Shown here in pieces: positions 25,081-39,600 of a DNA stretch of 64,000 nucleotides. Each line of letters begins with the position of its first letter. The stretch's first letter is position 1. A model generated the notes under the pieces. The model was not told where the DNA came from. It made no database searches and worked only from the letters and a program-made list of their open reading frames with translations. The DNA is from Eledone cirrhosa (taxonomy: Eukaryota): assembly GCA_964016885.1 (NCBI GenBank), contig OZ024743.1:168578001-168642000 (forward strand). Direction: 5' to 3'. The translations under genes and the position numbers were made by a program.

Positions 25081-27892
25081 ACAGTATTTTCTTTGCTCTG
25101 TGGGGAATGGCGCATGTCTGCGCCTCCCCCACCAGACCACCAACGACAAGCGCCAACCTCTTTGCTAGCACCTTGGCCAAAATCTTGAACTCTGTGTTTA
25201 GTAGAGTTATGGGCCTAAAATTATATATGTTATCCCCCTTGTTCGGATCCTTTCTCAGCAGCACCACAGCTCCTCGGCTCACAGAGCTGGGATTCTTCCG
25301 TTCTGTTGCCAGTTGCAGTAGACGCATCTAAGATCCCGTTCCAGTCGCCCACTAATACTAAAGAGCGGGACGTTCCAAGAAAGTTCTCCAGACGCCGGAA
25401 GAAATCAGGCCGCCCTGTTCCTGTCGGGGCATAGACGGCCACTAGCCTGAAAGCTTGCCCGTCTCCGCTGGTCACGTCTAACACCAGCAACTTACCTTCT
25501 GGTTCCAGGAAGATGGCCCGTATGGCGAGATCCAAACCTCTTCAAAAAAGCACAGCAACTCCTCCCCCCGATCCTGGACGGCTGGGAGATGCGTACACAT
25601 CGTAGCCGCCGAAGATCGGTGCGAAGGCCCGTGCTTCGGAGATTCTGGTCTCGCTGATGGCCACTACATCTATGTTTAGTGAACTGAGGTCGTTGAGCAG
25701 GTGGCCCTGCTTCCATGAGGACCCCAAGCAACGCGCATTTATGCTGCCTATTCTGAGTGAGGTCATGTTGAAATGGAGTGGAAAAGATGAGAAAGACCAC
25801 TTACCTAACTTCTCGTAAAAGAAGGATGGTTTGTCCATCCTTTTCACTGCTTGTGGCCTCCTCCGGAAGGATGTCCTTATAAATTCTCTTGGAGAGTGTT
25901 TGTCGGAGGTCTCCGCTGTCTTTGGGGAATTTTTGTTTTAGTGTCGTGTACGTTTTCTGTGTGATGCGAGTGATTTGTATGTGTGGAGGCGGTGTGAACT
26001 TTTGGGTTGTTGTGTAGTCTTTTTCTGGTGTTGTGTTGCATGTAGTGTAATAATTGGTTGTTGTTCAAATTTGGTTGCTTTGTTTTGTTTGCGTTTGTTG
26101 TGGGTTTGTTTCTGTTACGCTTTTTGGTGACTTTTGTGGTGTTGGTGATGGTGGTGTTGGGGTTAATGATGATGATGGTGTTGGTGATGTTGCTGTGGAT
26201 GGTGGCATATATGTCCTAACTTTTTTGTTTGATAATTTATTTGTTTGCCTCTGTATTTTGTTTTTGGAGGGGGGAAGGAAGAGAATTTTTTTCTTTTTTG
26301 GTTTCTTTTTTTCTTTTTTCCTGATACCGTTTCCCACTCCTCGTCGTCACAATCTGTCTCCAGTTGCGATAAGCCGGGAAGTGGAAAATCCTCCACAGGC
26401 GTTGGTTTGTGTTGTGGCGTGGTGGATGGTGTAGGCGCTGGTGCCAGTTCTGGCGCGTTGGGTGGTGGTGGTGTTGGTTTTGCTACTGTTGCTGGGGTTG
26501 TTGCTGTTACAGTTGCTTCTGTTGTTGCTGCTACAGTTGTTGCTGCCATTTCTGCTGCTGGTGGTGTTGATGGTTGAGTCACTGGGGTGGGTAAAAGAGG
26601 TGGCCTCAACCTTTTAGCCTGAGGGCAGAAAGCCCTTAGGTGGGTTCCTTCACCACACACGACACACCTAGGCCTTCTGCCCTCGACGATTACGGTGATG
26701 TGGCTTCCGTCAGTGAGGTCTATTACTTCTGGGATCTCCTCAATACTTTTATGGTCCGCTTGGATCAGGAGCTCCATCCCAGATCCGGACCAGTTCTCCT
26801 GCTTTCCTTTCGCTATTTCGATTATCTTGGTGTTGGCCTCGATGCCGGCGAGGACGGCAGCCATTAGCCAGGGAATTTCGATGGCCGGTGGAACGTGGGT
26901 AACCCTGATCTTCACAAGTCTCTGGCAATAGCTTGGGACGAGTGTGAAGTCGTCACTTCTTAATGGGGCCATGGTGTGTTCTCTGGCCTCCTGTGGTGTT
27001 TCAAAGAACACGTCCACGGTTCTATATTTCTGCTCACGTCTGATGTGTGTTTTTTTTTGCCCACACATGTCCCAAAGCTTTTTGGATTTGTGACTCGGAT
27101 GCCTGTTCCACTCGGCGCGATTTTATGTTAATTGTCCGATAAGACACGGTGCATAGGCGACGATGCTCCATTTTATTAGGTGGGGTGAGGCTGACCCTGT
27201 ACCCATCTTTCTTTACCATTCTTTTGGCTTCTTCTAATTCCTCCTGAGTTACCTGGATCGCTTCGCACGTTTTTGCTACTCTGGCAAAACTCAGGGTAGT
27301 TTTCTTAATTTCACTGTTGCTGTTGTTGTTATCGTTATTTTTGTTATTGTTAATTTTAGTTTCCGTTGTGGTGGTGGTGGCGTCAGTGGTGTTCGGTGTG
27401 GAAGAGTTCATTTTGGTTGAATTCATTTCGATATCACGAGTTAATTTATTTTTTCTTTTGTTTCTGTTGTCGCTGTGATGGTGGTGGTGCTGGGGGTTGT
27501 CGCTGTGGTGGTGGTGGTGGGGGTGGCGGCTTTAACACCTGCAGTCATTGGTAATGGCGGGAAATGAATGTCTGACTGCTTATATTTTTAGTGTTGGCAA
27601 ATGTAGTAATATTTACAATGGTGCTGTCAGTGTGAGGTGTTAGTTTGCGAGGAAGGAGTGACTCTGAGTCTTCCATGATTTCTCAAATAAATTTGTTTTG
27701 TTTGATAATTATAAAAAGTTTAATTTTGTGGCTCAAGGCCCCAATATCTTTGAGTGTCCTTTTCAGAAATCAATGTATGTGCACATATATACAGTTACCA
27801 ATAAACATTTTCCAGAAATGGCAATTTTAAACAACTGACAATAACAAACCTTTGCGGAGCTCACGATGATACGATTTACTACGTAGGTCGCC

Positions 27893-27900
<8 letters not shown>
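25079..27900 (-). mobile_element. Tx1/L1-clade LINE, internally deleted
   Basis: ORF1 (27426-26163, frameshifted) has zinc knuckle CVVCGEGTHLRAFC; ORF2 APE (SINARCL..SET..VYAP..GDWN) is joined to an RT piece (NFRPITLLNTEFKILAK). Confidence 0.85.
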
Positions 27901-27926
<26 letters not shown>

Positions 27927-27949
27927 TTAATAATAATAATAAAAACTAT

Positions 27950-29585
27950 AAAAAAACTATACCCTCCAGTGTAAACGTACTTAACCGAAAAGCCCAGGCT
28001 TTGGTTAAGGACTTGCATCTGGATAGATTTACCCACCCTTATGTACCAACAACCCTGAGGTTCTCTCTCAAGGATCATAAGCCAAACTTTATAGAGAACT
28101 CATCTATTAGACTTATAAGCCCAACCACATCCGACCTGGGCCGTATCAGTAAGAACATCCTTGATAGGATAATCCCTGGGCTACGGGATGATATCACCTA
28201 CAAGTTGTGGTCCAACACCGGCCAAGTCATTAGATGGTTCTCCGATCTAAGGTCCTAGCAATCTATGATGTTCATCCAATTTGACATCGACAGCTATTAC
28301 GCGTCAATAACCCCGGAACTGTTCAATAAAGCATTAACCCTAGCCAGCACCAACTCGGACATAACCAATAATGAGATTAACATCATACTTATGGCTAGGC
28401 AGACTATCATTGAATTCAACAGAGCACTCTGGAATAGTAAAGATAGAACAGACAACTTTGACATTACGATGGGCTCAAGTGACTCTGCGCAAATCACCGA
28501 TTTAGTTGGAATTTACCTATTGCATAACATCAGTGCCGAAATCCAACCCTTGCAAGGCGGAATATACAGGGACGACGCCCTATTTGCAGTCCACAATTGC
28601 ACTAATCGGGGCATTGATTTGCTAAAAAAACAATTACATAGATTCTTTAAAAATAACTCTATCACCATCGAGCCGAACCATAAAGTAGTAAACTTCCTAG
28701 ACGTCACCCTGGATCTCAACAATAACCTATAAACCATAAACGAGGTGAAATACTCACATATATTAGCCCACACTCTAACCACCCACCGGCAGTCATCAGA
28801 ACAGTAATCAAATCTATCTCGTAAAGGATCTCAATGCTATCAGCAAATGAGGAGATATTTATAAACCATGCACAATATTATAATAAGGCTCTTTCTGAAT
28901 CTGGTTATGAACAATCCATTTATTACATACCTAAATGCCATTACACAGCAATTCACCATAATAAACTTAACGCTAGAACTAGAAATACCTTAGCATCTAG
29001 CCAGATTCGCCGAAATTTTAGCAGTAACATCACCTATACAGGGAAGTTTAATGGTGGCAGCGGCCTGCTCCCCACTCCAAGTAGCAAACTAAAAATCAAC
29101 CCAAGAATAGGAATGAGAAATGGGATGACAAATAACAAATCCCCAGGTAATAATAACCCTAGGAAGGCCCCTACCAACTCCACTAGAACACTAGAAGGAA
29201 TAGACCTAGAAATATCACCTGGCTTAACCCCCCCCCCCCATTCTCATCTAATCTAGCCACAAATATCGCTAAATGCTTCTTCTCTATCCTATCTAAACAT
29301 CCCCCCCCTCCCCAACCAAATTCTTTTATAAAAATAACATTAAAATCTCATTCTCCACAACACCTAATCTATCTAGCCACATCGCATTCAGTAACCATCA
29401 TAAACTAAGACAGTATAACTCCCACACCGCGGTCCACCACCCCTATCAAATACACCACGCCACTACACCAATAATTACTCTAGTAGCACACCTCCCCCAT
29501 CTAATCCTTCTAGCACTGACCTACCGCTTAGGTTAAACTACCCTACTCTCACTAACCGCAGAAGCAACTGCAACTGCCGTTATCC
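27950..29585 (+). mobile_element. PLE RT (GIYRDD type), decayed and truncated at the Cys linker
   Basis: FDIDSYY, MGSSDSAQITDLVG, GIYRDD, VNFLDVTLDL, SNHP. Confidence 0.85.
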
Positions 29586-32500
29586 TAATGCATACCCATT
29601 AAATGTCTAAACATTTGTCTAAACATTACGTCTTTTCTGTGTGTAGATTCTATTTTTATTTCTATGTTCTCTAATTTACCCTTGTGTTCTATTTTAGCAT
29701 GTTGGTAGAGTACAGATGATTCTTTACTATCTTGAAGGTCTCGCCAGTGTTCATTTATCCGTTCCCCTACACTACGAGCTGTCTCACCTATGTACACTAT
29801 ATTTTTGTCTCTACATTGTCCTTCAGTACATCTTATGCTATACACTACATTTCTAGTTTTACAGTTAATATGGGGGCTTATTTTACAGGTTATACATTAC
29901 TTATCTATACATGAGGGTCTTTGAAAAGGGTATGTCTTGCTAATAAGTGTTTTTACGGAGGTACCTGGTCTTTCTACTATCTTAATATTGAGTTTATGTT
30001 TATCTAGGGCCCTTCTAAATTTGTAAGCTAATTCACATCTAGGGGTTGTATCGATGAACATTACACTCTGGTATTTATTGCTATCATACCATGAGTTTAT
30101 TCTATTAGCCTTGTTCCTAGTTCTTTCTATTCTATTCCAAAATTTGCTCCTATACAAGGGGCAGGTCCCATTTATGTCATTACTTACCATTTTTTCCCAT
30201 TTGGTTCTGGCTCCTCTATACACTCTGATTTTATCTCTCTGATTGTAGCCAGATAACTGCATACGGTGAATGAAGTGTTGTATGTGTCTCTCTAGTTCTT
30301 CGGGGTTGCACATGCAGGACACGTTTCTCATCACCCGTACCAATCCGCAATCAGTATGTTGATTTTGGTATGGTCCGAAACGGCCGAGCTTCGGTGGATC
30401 AGATGTTTGGAAGGCATGTGTTTGGCATAATGGGAACGGAGGATTTGTTTTTTGTTATTAATGGTATCTAACCAGAGCTCTGTGTCTAGTACAGGTAATC
30501 GATGGTTGGGGTGTTTACTTGGGTAGTATATAGTAACTCTAATACTCTGGTAGATGGAGTTAGCTATTTGCTGGATGCTTTCCATTGTGTTTTTCTCTAT
30601 TTCCTGACTGTTCTCTAGTGGGGGTGTTTTAACTACGATGTTTATATCATCAACGTAGCGGGAGTACATTATCAGGGTTAAGGGGTCTTCTAATTGTTCT
30701 TTAAGTTTAAGTTTAAGTCTACTGTCCCACCATACCATGAATAAGTTAGCTATGTCGCCTGCAATGCTAACACCGATGGCTGCTCCTTCCTCTTGGGCAT
30801 ATGTTTTTCCATTAAATTTGAACATATGTTCCTTAAGGGTTAGTTTTATGCTGGCCCCTACCGCATGTGCAATCATTTTCTTCAGTTCATCGTGGTTTTC
30901 GGGTGTCCGTATGGCTCTGGTCCACCCGTTCCATCTATCTGTGTGGGTTTTCTTGGCCATTGAGGTAATGGTAGGTGGTCTGCCTCTTGCTGGCTTTGTA
31001 GGGCACAGGTTGCTAAGGTCATATGTGTCTAGGTAATTACTACTATAGGTAAGTTTAAGTAGGAGTCCCAGCTCACTGGTATCAATCCCACGGAACTCAA
31101 CATTGCTCTCACTGATCATTTCTACGCATTTCTCCACAGCAAAATCCACGTCAATAGATGGATACAGGGACACAACATCCATACTACCTATTATGCAGTT
31201 TGTTAGGTCCCTAGATCGGTTACTCTCGCCGATTCTGCTGAGGAGGTCCTCCGTGCTGTCACATACATCTGGGGACATTTCAATAATACCATTTACTATA
31301 GACTACCCAAGTAAACACCCCAACCATCGATTACCTGTACTAGACACAGAGCTCTGGTTAGATACCATTAATAACAAAAAACAAATCCTCCATTCCCATT
31401 ATGCCAAACCCATGATTTCCAAACATCTGATCCACCGAAGCTCGGCCGTTTCGGACCATACAAAAATCAACATACTGATTGCGGATTTGGTACGGGTGAT
31501 GAGAAACGTGTCCCGCATGTGCAACCCCGAAGAACTAGAGAGACACATACAACACTTCATCGACCGTATGCAGTTCTGTGGCTACAATCAGAGAGATAAA
31601 ATCAGAGTGTATAGAGGAGCCAGAACCAAATGAGGAAAAATGGTAAATAATGACATAAATGGGACCTGCCCCTTGTATAGGAGCAAATTTTGGAATAGAA
31701 TAGAAAGAACTAGGAACAAGGCTAATAGAATAAACTCATGGTATGATAGCAATAAATACCAGAGTGTAATGTTCATCTATACAACCTCTAGAGGTGAATT
31801 AGCTTACAAATTTAGAAGGGCCCTAGATAAACATAAACTCAATATTAAGATAGTAGAAAGACCAGGTACCTCCGTAAAAATACTTATTAGCAAGACATAC
31901 CCTTTTCAAGGACCCTCATGTATAGATAAGAAATGTATAACCTGTAAAATAAGCCCCCATATTAACTGTAAAACTAGAAATGTAGTGTATAGCATAAGAT
32001 GTACTGAAGGACAATGTAGAGACAAAAATATAGTGTACATAGGTGAGACAGCTCATAGTGCAGGGGAACGGATAAATGAACACTGGCGAGACCTTCAAGA
32101 TAGTAAAGAATCATCTGTACTCTGCCAACATGCTAAAATAGAACACAAGGGTAAATTAGAGAACATAGAAATAAAAATAGAATCTACACACAGAAAAGAC
32201 GCAATGTTTAGACAAATCACAGAGGCAATAAACATAAAAGAATTACAACCAAAATTAAATAGAAAATATGAGTGGAACAGCAACATCACAACTTACAATT
32301 AAGGACAAAGTGAAAACACACACACACATGGGACAAACAACCAACAAGTAACATGTAAATAAACAAATAAATAAATGAACATAAACACACACAGACTCCC
32401 GGATGTGGCGCATGCGCAGACTGAGCACACAACACACACACAGAAACAAAATGGCGTAGGACAGAACAAAGGAGAGGCACAAAGAAAAGAATCCCCAGTC

Positions 32501-32748
32501 ACTGAAGAGGTCACAGAATGTGTGACGAAAGAACTTTGACAATATATAAACAACTATCTGGTTGTGAAACCAACCAACCAACCAGAAATTTATAAATTCC
32601 TAAATTTATAAATTTATTATAATAAATTGAAGTGAAAGTAACTGGTGCGTGTGTTTCTTATTGGCAACATGACCCTCCCAAAGTATAACAATATCGGTTT
32701 CAACACACGATTTCAGATAAAGAATCTTGCTAAACAAATTCAGAAACG

Positions 32749-32750
<2 letters not shown>
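29586..32750. mobile_element. Family C PLE inverted pair: minus arm 29586-31280, plus arm ~31290-32750
   Basis: RT YSRYVDD (30331-31278, -); GIY-YIG VYIGET..R..EH..E..LN (31640-32302, +); ~930-bp near-identical inverted arms. Confidence 0.93.
32498..32540 (+). ncRNA. Minimal hammerhead ribozyme, family C
   Basis: gtca CTGAAGA g-gtcaca-gaatg-tgtgac GAAA gaac TT tgac. Confidence 0.7.
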
Positions 32751-32811
<61 letters not shown>

Positions 32812-33016
32812 AACAAGTAAGACCCCGATGGCTGAGTTCAAGCCGTTTCGACGGCTAATTCTGGTCCAGAATCAGCCATCGAAACGGCTTGAGCTCAGCC
32901 GTCGGGGTCTTACTTGTTCCTATTACCCACTCTACTACCCTAAGTATTGAGTACTTTGGTGCGTTATGGTCCACCTGGTTCCTTACCACATTTCCTTTGT
33001 TATATATAGTATATAC

Positions 33017-33096
<80 letters not shown>

Positions 33097-33116
33097 CTAT
33101 CTATATTTATATATAA

Positions 33117-33147
<31 letters not shown>

Positions 33148-33285
33148 GAGAGAGTGAGATTATATATATATATATATATATTTATAATACAAGTTATCTA
33201 AGTTTTTCAAATATTAATAATAATGTTCGATTCGTTTGCAATTATGTGAACAAGCAGCCTCATTTTATAATCTATATATACATAT

Positions 33286-33316
<31 letters not shown>

Positions 33317-33391
33317 ATATACTATATGTATATATATACTATATGTATATATATACTATATGTATATATATATATATATACTATATACTAT

Positions 33392-36300
33392 TTCTAAGGC
33401 GGGTAAAATTTTCGAGATCCTCATTATCGCTGCCATGTCCTGCGTGTCCAACAGACCAGTGTCAGTCCTTAGGGCATCAATATACGTTAATCTTGGTCTT
33501 CCTCTTCCAGCGTGTCCATGTAGGGGCTCCCACAGGAGCACTGAGTGCAATGTCATCTCTGGATGTCGGTGAGCATGTCCAGCTAACCTCAGTCTCCTCT
33601 GTGTCACCTTTCAGCTGAATTAGGGAGGCTCCCATACAGCTCTGAGTTTTTAATCCTCAGTGTGTACTGATTAATGTTCAGAGCCATCCTCAGCATTCTC
33701 GTGTAGCACCCATCCCCCATATGAGTGAGTTTCTTAGTCAGTGTCCAAGTCTCACACCCGTAGAGCAGCACAGACTCCACTACAGCAATGAAGGGGCGGA
33801 TTTTCAGGTCTTTACGAAGGTCCGACTTCCACACCGATCTGAAGCTGTGGCACGCCGCCCAGGCTTTGCTCTTCCTCTCAACCACATTATCTTCCGTATT
33901 CCCAATCTTTGCTCCCAGATACAGGAAGTCCTCAACCAATTCTAGCGGCTTCCCGCCTACATTAGTGATCCTCTCTGGCTTCTCAACATTCTCTACCATA
34001 TATTTTGTTTTAGTCTCATTCATTCTCAGCCCCACACTCATCGACACAGTCTCAACCTCCCGCATCAAATCCTCTGCCTACTTCACTGTATTTGTAACCA
34101 AAACTATGTCGTCAGCAAATTCGGCATCCGATATATTTTTCGCCTTAACTCTCCTGCTCTGAGCCGGTGCTACAGTAAAGCCAGAGTCCTGTGCAAGGCG
34201 CATACAATAGTCTACTATGATGATAAAAATGTAGGGAGCCAATGTATCTCCCTGGAGCACTCCAGCCAGTATCTCAAAGAACTCTGTAATCCCATCGGGT
34301 TTAATGACTTGGGCTTTGGAGTTGGTGTAGAGCAGTGATATCAGGTCCACTATCGTCTTGGGGATTCCATAAGCCTGTAAGATCTTCCTCAGGCAGTGAC
34401 GGTCCACAGAACAAAGGCCTTCCTAAAGTCAATGAAAACCATGACCGCAGGAAGGCACTTTGCTCTAGCTCCCTCTAATATCCTCCTCAGCATCAGGATG
34501 TGACTGGTGATTGATCTTCCCTCTCTGAAGCCGTTCTGGTTGTCCCTGAGCTTCTTCTCCATCTCAGGCTGGATCCTGTTAAGAATCATCCTTTTGAGGG
34601 TCTTTGCCATAAGTGACGTCAGTGAGATCCCCCTGGAGTTGTTGGTGTTATAGAGATTTCCCTTCTTTGGCACTGGGACGATGTTACTGATCCTCCACTG
34701 ATTCGAGGCAACTCCTTTCTCCCGTGCCTGGTTTCAGAACCCCAGGATGATATCATAAAAATCACACCTCTTCATCACCTCTAATGCCACTCCATTTTCT
34801 CCATGAGCCTTGCCCTCCTTGATCTTCTTCTTGGCTCTCTGAAGCTCATCTCTGGTGAAGGGCTCTGTCTCAATATCCAGTTCTTCAAACAGCCGCCAGA
34901 TCTCCCCAGTACTCTGGGCTGTGGAGGGTGGCTCTTTTAGTAGGGTCCTAAAATGGTCTAGGCATTTCCTCTTTCTATCCTAGGGCCCTGTTCCCTGGAT
35001 CTGACAGAACACCTTCTCTTCCTCCCTGTCATCTCGTTGATGATCATCCAGCTCTCCTTACATCCCGAACTGTCAAGCGCTCTCTCCACACGTCTGATCT
35101 TCTCTATCAGTGCCTCCTCTCTGGCCTCAGTGTAAGCGGTACAGAGTTCTTCCCTCATCACCTCCACAATCTCCATCCTCTCCTCCGTAGGATCAGCATA
35201 GAATTGGTCCTTGGCAGCTTTCATGTGTTCTCTGGCTGCACACACTTTTGGGTCTGCAGAGCTGACGTGCTTCCTTTTGTTCTTTCTCCTCGGCAGCAGG
35301 GTCTCGCATGCTTCCGCCACTGCATTGGTGAAGTACCCGTACCTCCTCGTCACACCCTCCTCATTCCATCCAATCTTTCTCTCCTCTGTCTCTCCACACA
35401 GAGCACTGAACCTGTTCCTCACTACCACTGTGATCCTCTCCTGTGGCTTATCATCTTCCTTGAAAGCTCCCCAGTCATAGATTGCTCTCCGGGGTGAGCC
35501 TTGCTCTTTCTTAAGCTCATTCGGACTTCACTCATAACAAGCCGGTCGTCACTACCCAGTGTACTGAAATAGTTGTATGGTTCTGTGTTCAGAACACTAT
35601 TCCGCCACTTTTTCCTCACCAGAATGAAATCAATCGGGGACTTGGACAGGTGCATAACTGAGATGTAGGTCCACATCTTCCTAAACCTTAGGTTGGTCGC
35701 TATCAAGTTCGCCTCCAGCAGGGTATCTCTCAGTAGTCTTCCATTTCGGTTGGTGTTGTTATGGAAGTACCAGCAAGGAACTTCACTGCCCTCCTTACTC
35801 AGATGTGCATTGAAGTCCCCCAAAACAAGCAGGATGTTGCGTGCTTGTGTGGTGTTGACAGATCTACACACCTCCTCATGGAACTCTTCTGCACTCACAT
35901 CACTGTCTCCCTCGGTTGGGCTATAGGCTGAGATGACTGTCAGTCTTGAGTTTCCATTGAAGGTCACCCTCAACACTCGCGGGGAGACAGGCATTATTTC
36001 CCTCACTAATAGACTGGTTTTTGTGCTGAAAACAAAATCCACTCCTCCCGCTGCAGCATTGGTCATGTTCCTCACTGCCGATGTGGTGATGAGCTGGCTC
36101 ATCTTCCCAATCATCACACTCCTCACGGGCTCATCGTGTTGGATCCTGTGTTCTTGGATCGCAAGTATCTTTATACCACTCTCCTCGAACAGATGTCCTA
36201 ACTGCTCTCTCTTCTCCAGCGTCCGAATAGTCAAAGTGCCCATTTTGATGGCTCTTCTGCAGGACAAAACTGCCTTCTTTATATTTGTCTCAGAGACAGC

Positions 36301-36628
36301 TGATCCATCATCCACTGGCCCTACGTGTGGCTCTAAGCCAGCAGAGTCATAACGACTAGACTGCTCCTTGACAGTGTAATTAGGGGCTCTAACCCTAGTG
36401 CTGTTAGATAGACTCTCCATATTTCTTTTCAATGGCTGACAATAACTTACCGGCGCCACTCGAATAAGGTAGTTATTTAACCCATAAATGGGGCCCCAAC
36501 AGGTACTACTACTCCGGGACAGAGCAGACCTGGGAGTTATGATAACTAAAGGGTAACACCACATTCACCACAGCTCCTGAACTCCCGAACAGGAGCCTTG
36601 CCACTGGATGTAGTTTACCCAGGACATT
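33392..36628 (-). mobile_element. RTE-clade LINE (APE + RT), near full length, frameshifted
   Basis: AIQEH, SAYSPT, GDFNA, IDFIL; GVLQGDTLAP, EFADD, LLYGCETW, RRLRLAGH, GRGRP; possible TSD tatatactat. Confidence 0.9.
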
Positions 36629-36634
36629 AGTATA

Positions 36635-36664
<30 letters not shown>

Positions 36665-36665
<1 letters not shown>

Positions 36666-39600
36666 CTCTTTTACTCTTTACCTGTTCCAGCCATCCGGCT
36701 AAGGCTATGCTGGGGCACCGCCCTTGTTGCTACACATTTTATCTCCAGCTTATATTGGTTGGCCACTGGTGTAAGAGGGAGTTTCTTGCTGCTGCCCTTA
36801 GGTTTCCCTCGTGCATTGCTGTGGGCTCATCCGGGATCCTGGATAGCAAGGTGTCGAGATGTTTCACATCAACACCATGTAGATCTCTCAGATCCCTCGG
36901 CAGCTTGTTGAAGAGTTGAGGGGCCTTTAATCCCAGCCTATTGCAATATTTGCTCCTTATTCTAGATGTGGAAGACGGGACCTTTGGCACCACACAGTGA
37001 CGTCCTGTTCGAATGTTGGTCCAGCTCCCAATGCCAAAGTCTGGTGCTAGCCCCTCCAGGATTTTCCACATGTAGATCACTGCGTATCTCTCCCGTCTTC
37101 GTTCCAAGGGGTAGAGGTTCGGTTCTTTTAGCCTCTCCCAGTAGCTTATCTCATTCATCGTGGCAATCCTCTTGGTGTAGCTTCGCTGGATTGCCTCAAG
37201 CTCCGTGGTTAGTTTGATACTATGGGGTGACCACAACTGGGAGCAATAGTCTTAGGACAAATGTCCCCCATAGCGTCAACTTGGTGTCTCGGTCTCTTGT
37301 CCTGAAAGTCATCAAGTTCCAACCAGCGAGTCGTCTGCACATTGTCGCCACTTTCATGATGTTTGAGTAAAAATATGCATCATCGCTCATGTTTATAACC
37401 AGGTCTCGTATCGATTTTGACTCGGGGATATCGGTCCCTCCTGGTGCTGTGTAATTGTGTTGTACTATATTTGTGTTTGCAGGTTTGTTTGGAGGTTTGT
37501 ATTGTAGGGTTTGGAATTACCAGTATTAAACTGAATGTTGTTTTCTTCCGCCCATTTGTATATAGCATCCAGATCTTGTTGTAAAAGGGCAGCGTCAGCC
37601 GGATTTTTTGATTGCCTGTGCTACCTTAGTGTCATCAGCATATCTAGTGACGGATTTTGTTGTATGTGCTACAGAGGGCATGTCTGAGAGAGCCACCAAA
37701 AGCAGTAGAGTTCCCAGGACTGTCCCTTGGAGCACCCCACTTGTTATTGAAATTTCCATTGAGAGGCCCCGTTTGCTGCGACTGGCTGGCTTCTGTCCTT
37801 TAAGAAGTTATGCAACCACTCACCTACTTTTCCAGTTATGCCGAGTCCGTGTAGTTTGTGACATATCATTCCGTGGTCGACCTTGTCAAAGGCCTTCCCA
37901 AAGTCAAGATATATTACGTCCACATGTGATCTGTCTAGCAATTGTTTCAGTACCCAGTCGTAATGATGTAGCAGCTGTGTAAGGCAGCTTCTTCCTGGGC
38001 GGAAGCCATGCTGCGTGCTAGTCAGGCGGTCATTTTCCTCGAGGAAAGTGATCAGTTTCTTTCTGACGACTCGCTCCATGACCTTACTGATATGCGACGT
38101 CAGGGAGACTGGCCTATAGTTTTTGGCCTCCGCTCTGCTACCTCATTTATGGATAGGGCATATTGTGCCTTCTTTCAGCTCCCTGGGTAGTATACCGCTA
38201 GCCAAGGAGCTTCTGAAGAGCGTCTTCAGTGGAGTTGCTAAAGCCCGCTTAGATGTTTTTAAGAGGAATGCTGGGAATCCATGAGGTCCAGCAGCTGAGT
38301 CTGTTCTAATTTCATCTATGGCGTATACTACATCCTCCTCCGTTATGTCTATGTGGTGGATGGTCGCCATTTCTTCATGTAGTGTTGTGGCATCAAAGAA
38401 CTCCTCTGGCTTTGTTATTTGCATGTGCCTCAGTGGACATGTGAACCCACTTTTGTACTGTTCATTCAGTATTTCACTTATCTCTTGGGGATTCTCGGTT
38501 AATGAACCGTATGTATGGAAGAGTGGCCCAATTTTGAAGTGTTCCGAGGCAATTTCTTTTGCAAATTTAAAGAAGGCTTTAGGGTGTGTTATAATATTTT
38601 CTATGGCCCTGCATTCTTTCTTTGCCCTCTCATTTTCATGAGAAAGTTTGAGTGCGATCTCCGTGTCAAGTAGTGCACGTTTCAAATAGGATTCCTTCTT
38701 GTTTTCGTTTTCTTGCTGTGCATTCAACTGGTTTGAGAGCTTGGTTCTACGTCTCATAAGGATTTTCCTATCTCTGGGAATCAGATTTTTGTGTCTGTTT
38801 GCCTTTTTCTCTGGGACAACCTTTTTGCATATAGTGTGTATCATTGTCATGAAGTGTTGGAATTGTGTGTTGGTGTCTTGTGTGGCAGTGTTTTCGCTCC
38901 ATGTTTGCTTCCGGATTTCTCTCTTAATCTTTTTCCAGTTAGCCTTGTAGAAGTTAAGGCTGGATAACGTCCCGGTGCTTCTTGATGGTTGTGTCTCTGT
39001 TGGTTCTCTCGGACCACATATCATTAGTTCTACTAAATTATGATCCGAGAGAATTGTTGGTGTCACCTTTACATTGTGGATGAACACTTCGTTGTTTGTA
39101 AAACAGAGGTCCATGACATTTTCGCCTCTTGTTGGGAGGAGTACTGCTTGTTCCATGAACAGCCTGTGTGTGAGGGCCAATAGGGATTCTGTCTGTCTCT
39201 GTTCTATTGACGTCATTCCAGGCAGGAGGTTGCCCTCAGGCCATTTGACCTTTGGCAGGTTAAAGTCTCCCTGCAGTAGAATGTTGAGACCCCGGTCCAG
39301 TTTGTCAAGGACCTCTTCTATCCTACTGAGGCTATCCTAAAATTTTCCCTCATGACAGGGGGCATCGGGCGGCCGATATGTGACACATATTACTGTCTTT
39401 AGTTGCTTCATATGTGCTATCAGTGTCTCACAGACTCAGTTTGAATGTGTCAACAGTGCAATTGGTGTGACATCTTCACAGATATACAGAGCAACCCCAC
39501 CATGAGTTCTCTCCTTCCTGTCCAAACGAAATAGTGTATATTTCGGTATATGTATTTCTGCATCTGCTATACTGCTTGTCAGGTGCGTTTCAGTTAGTGC

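Noticed and set aside
31631-31633. In-frame TGA in a PLE ORF as possible selenocysteine (reported for some Naiad PLEs)
   Set aside because: The inverted arm has TGG (GARTKWEK) and the copy near 11810 also encodes W, so this is a nonsense mutation
31103-31633. 176-aa ORF as a novel fusion protein
   Set aside because: Antisense RT read through the inversion junction into sense RT sequence
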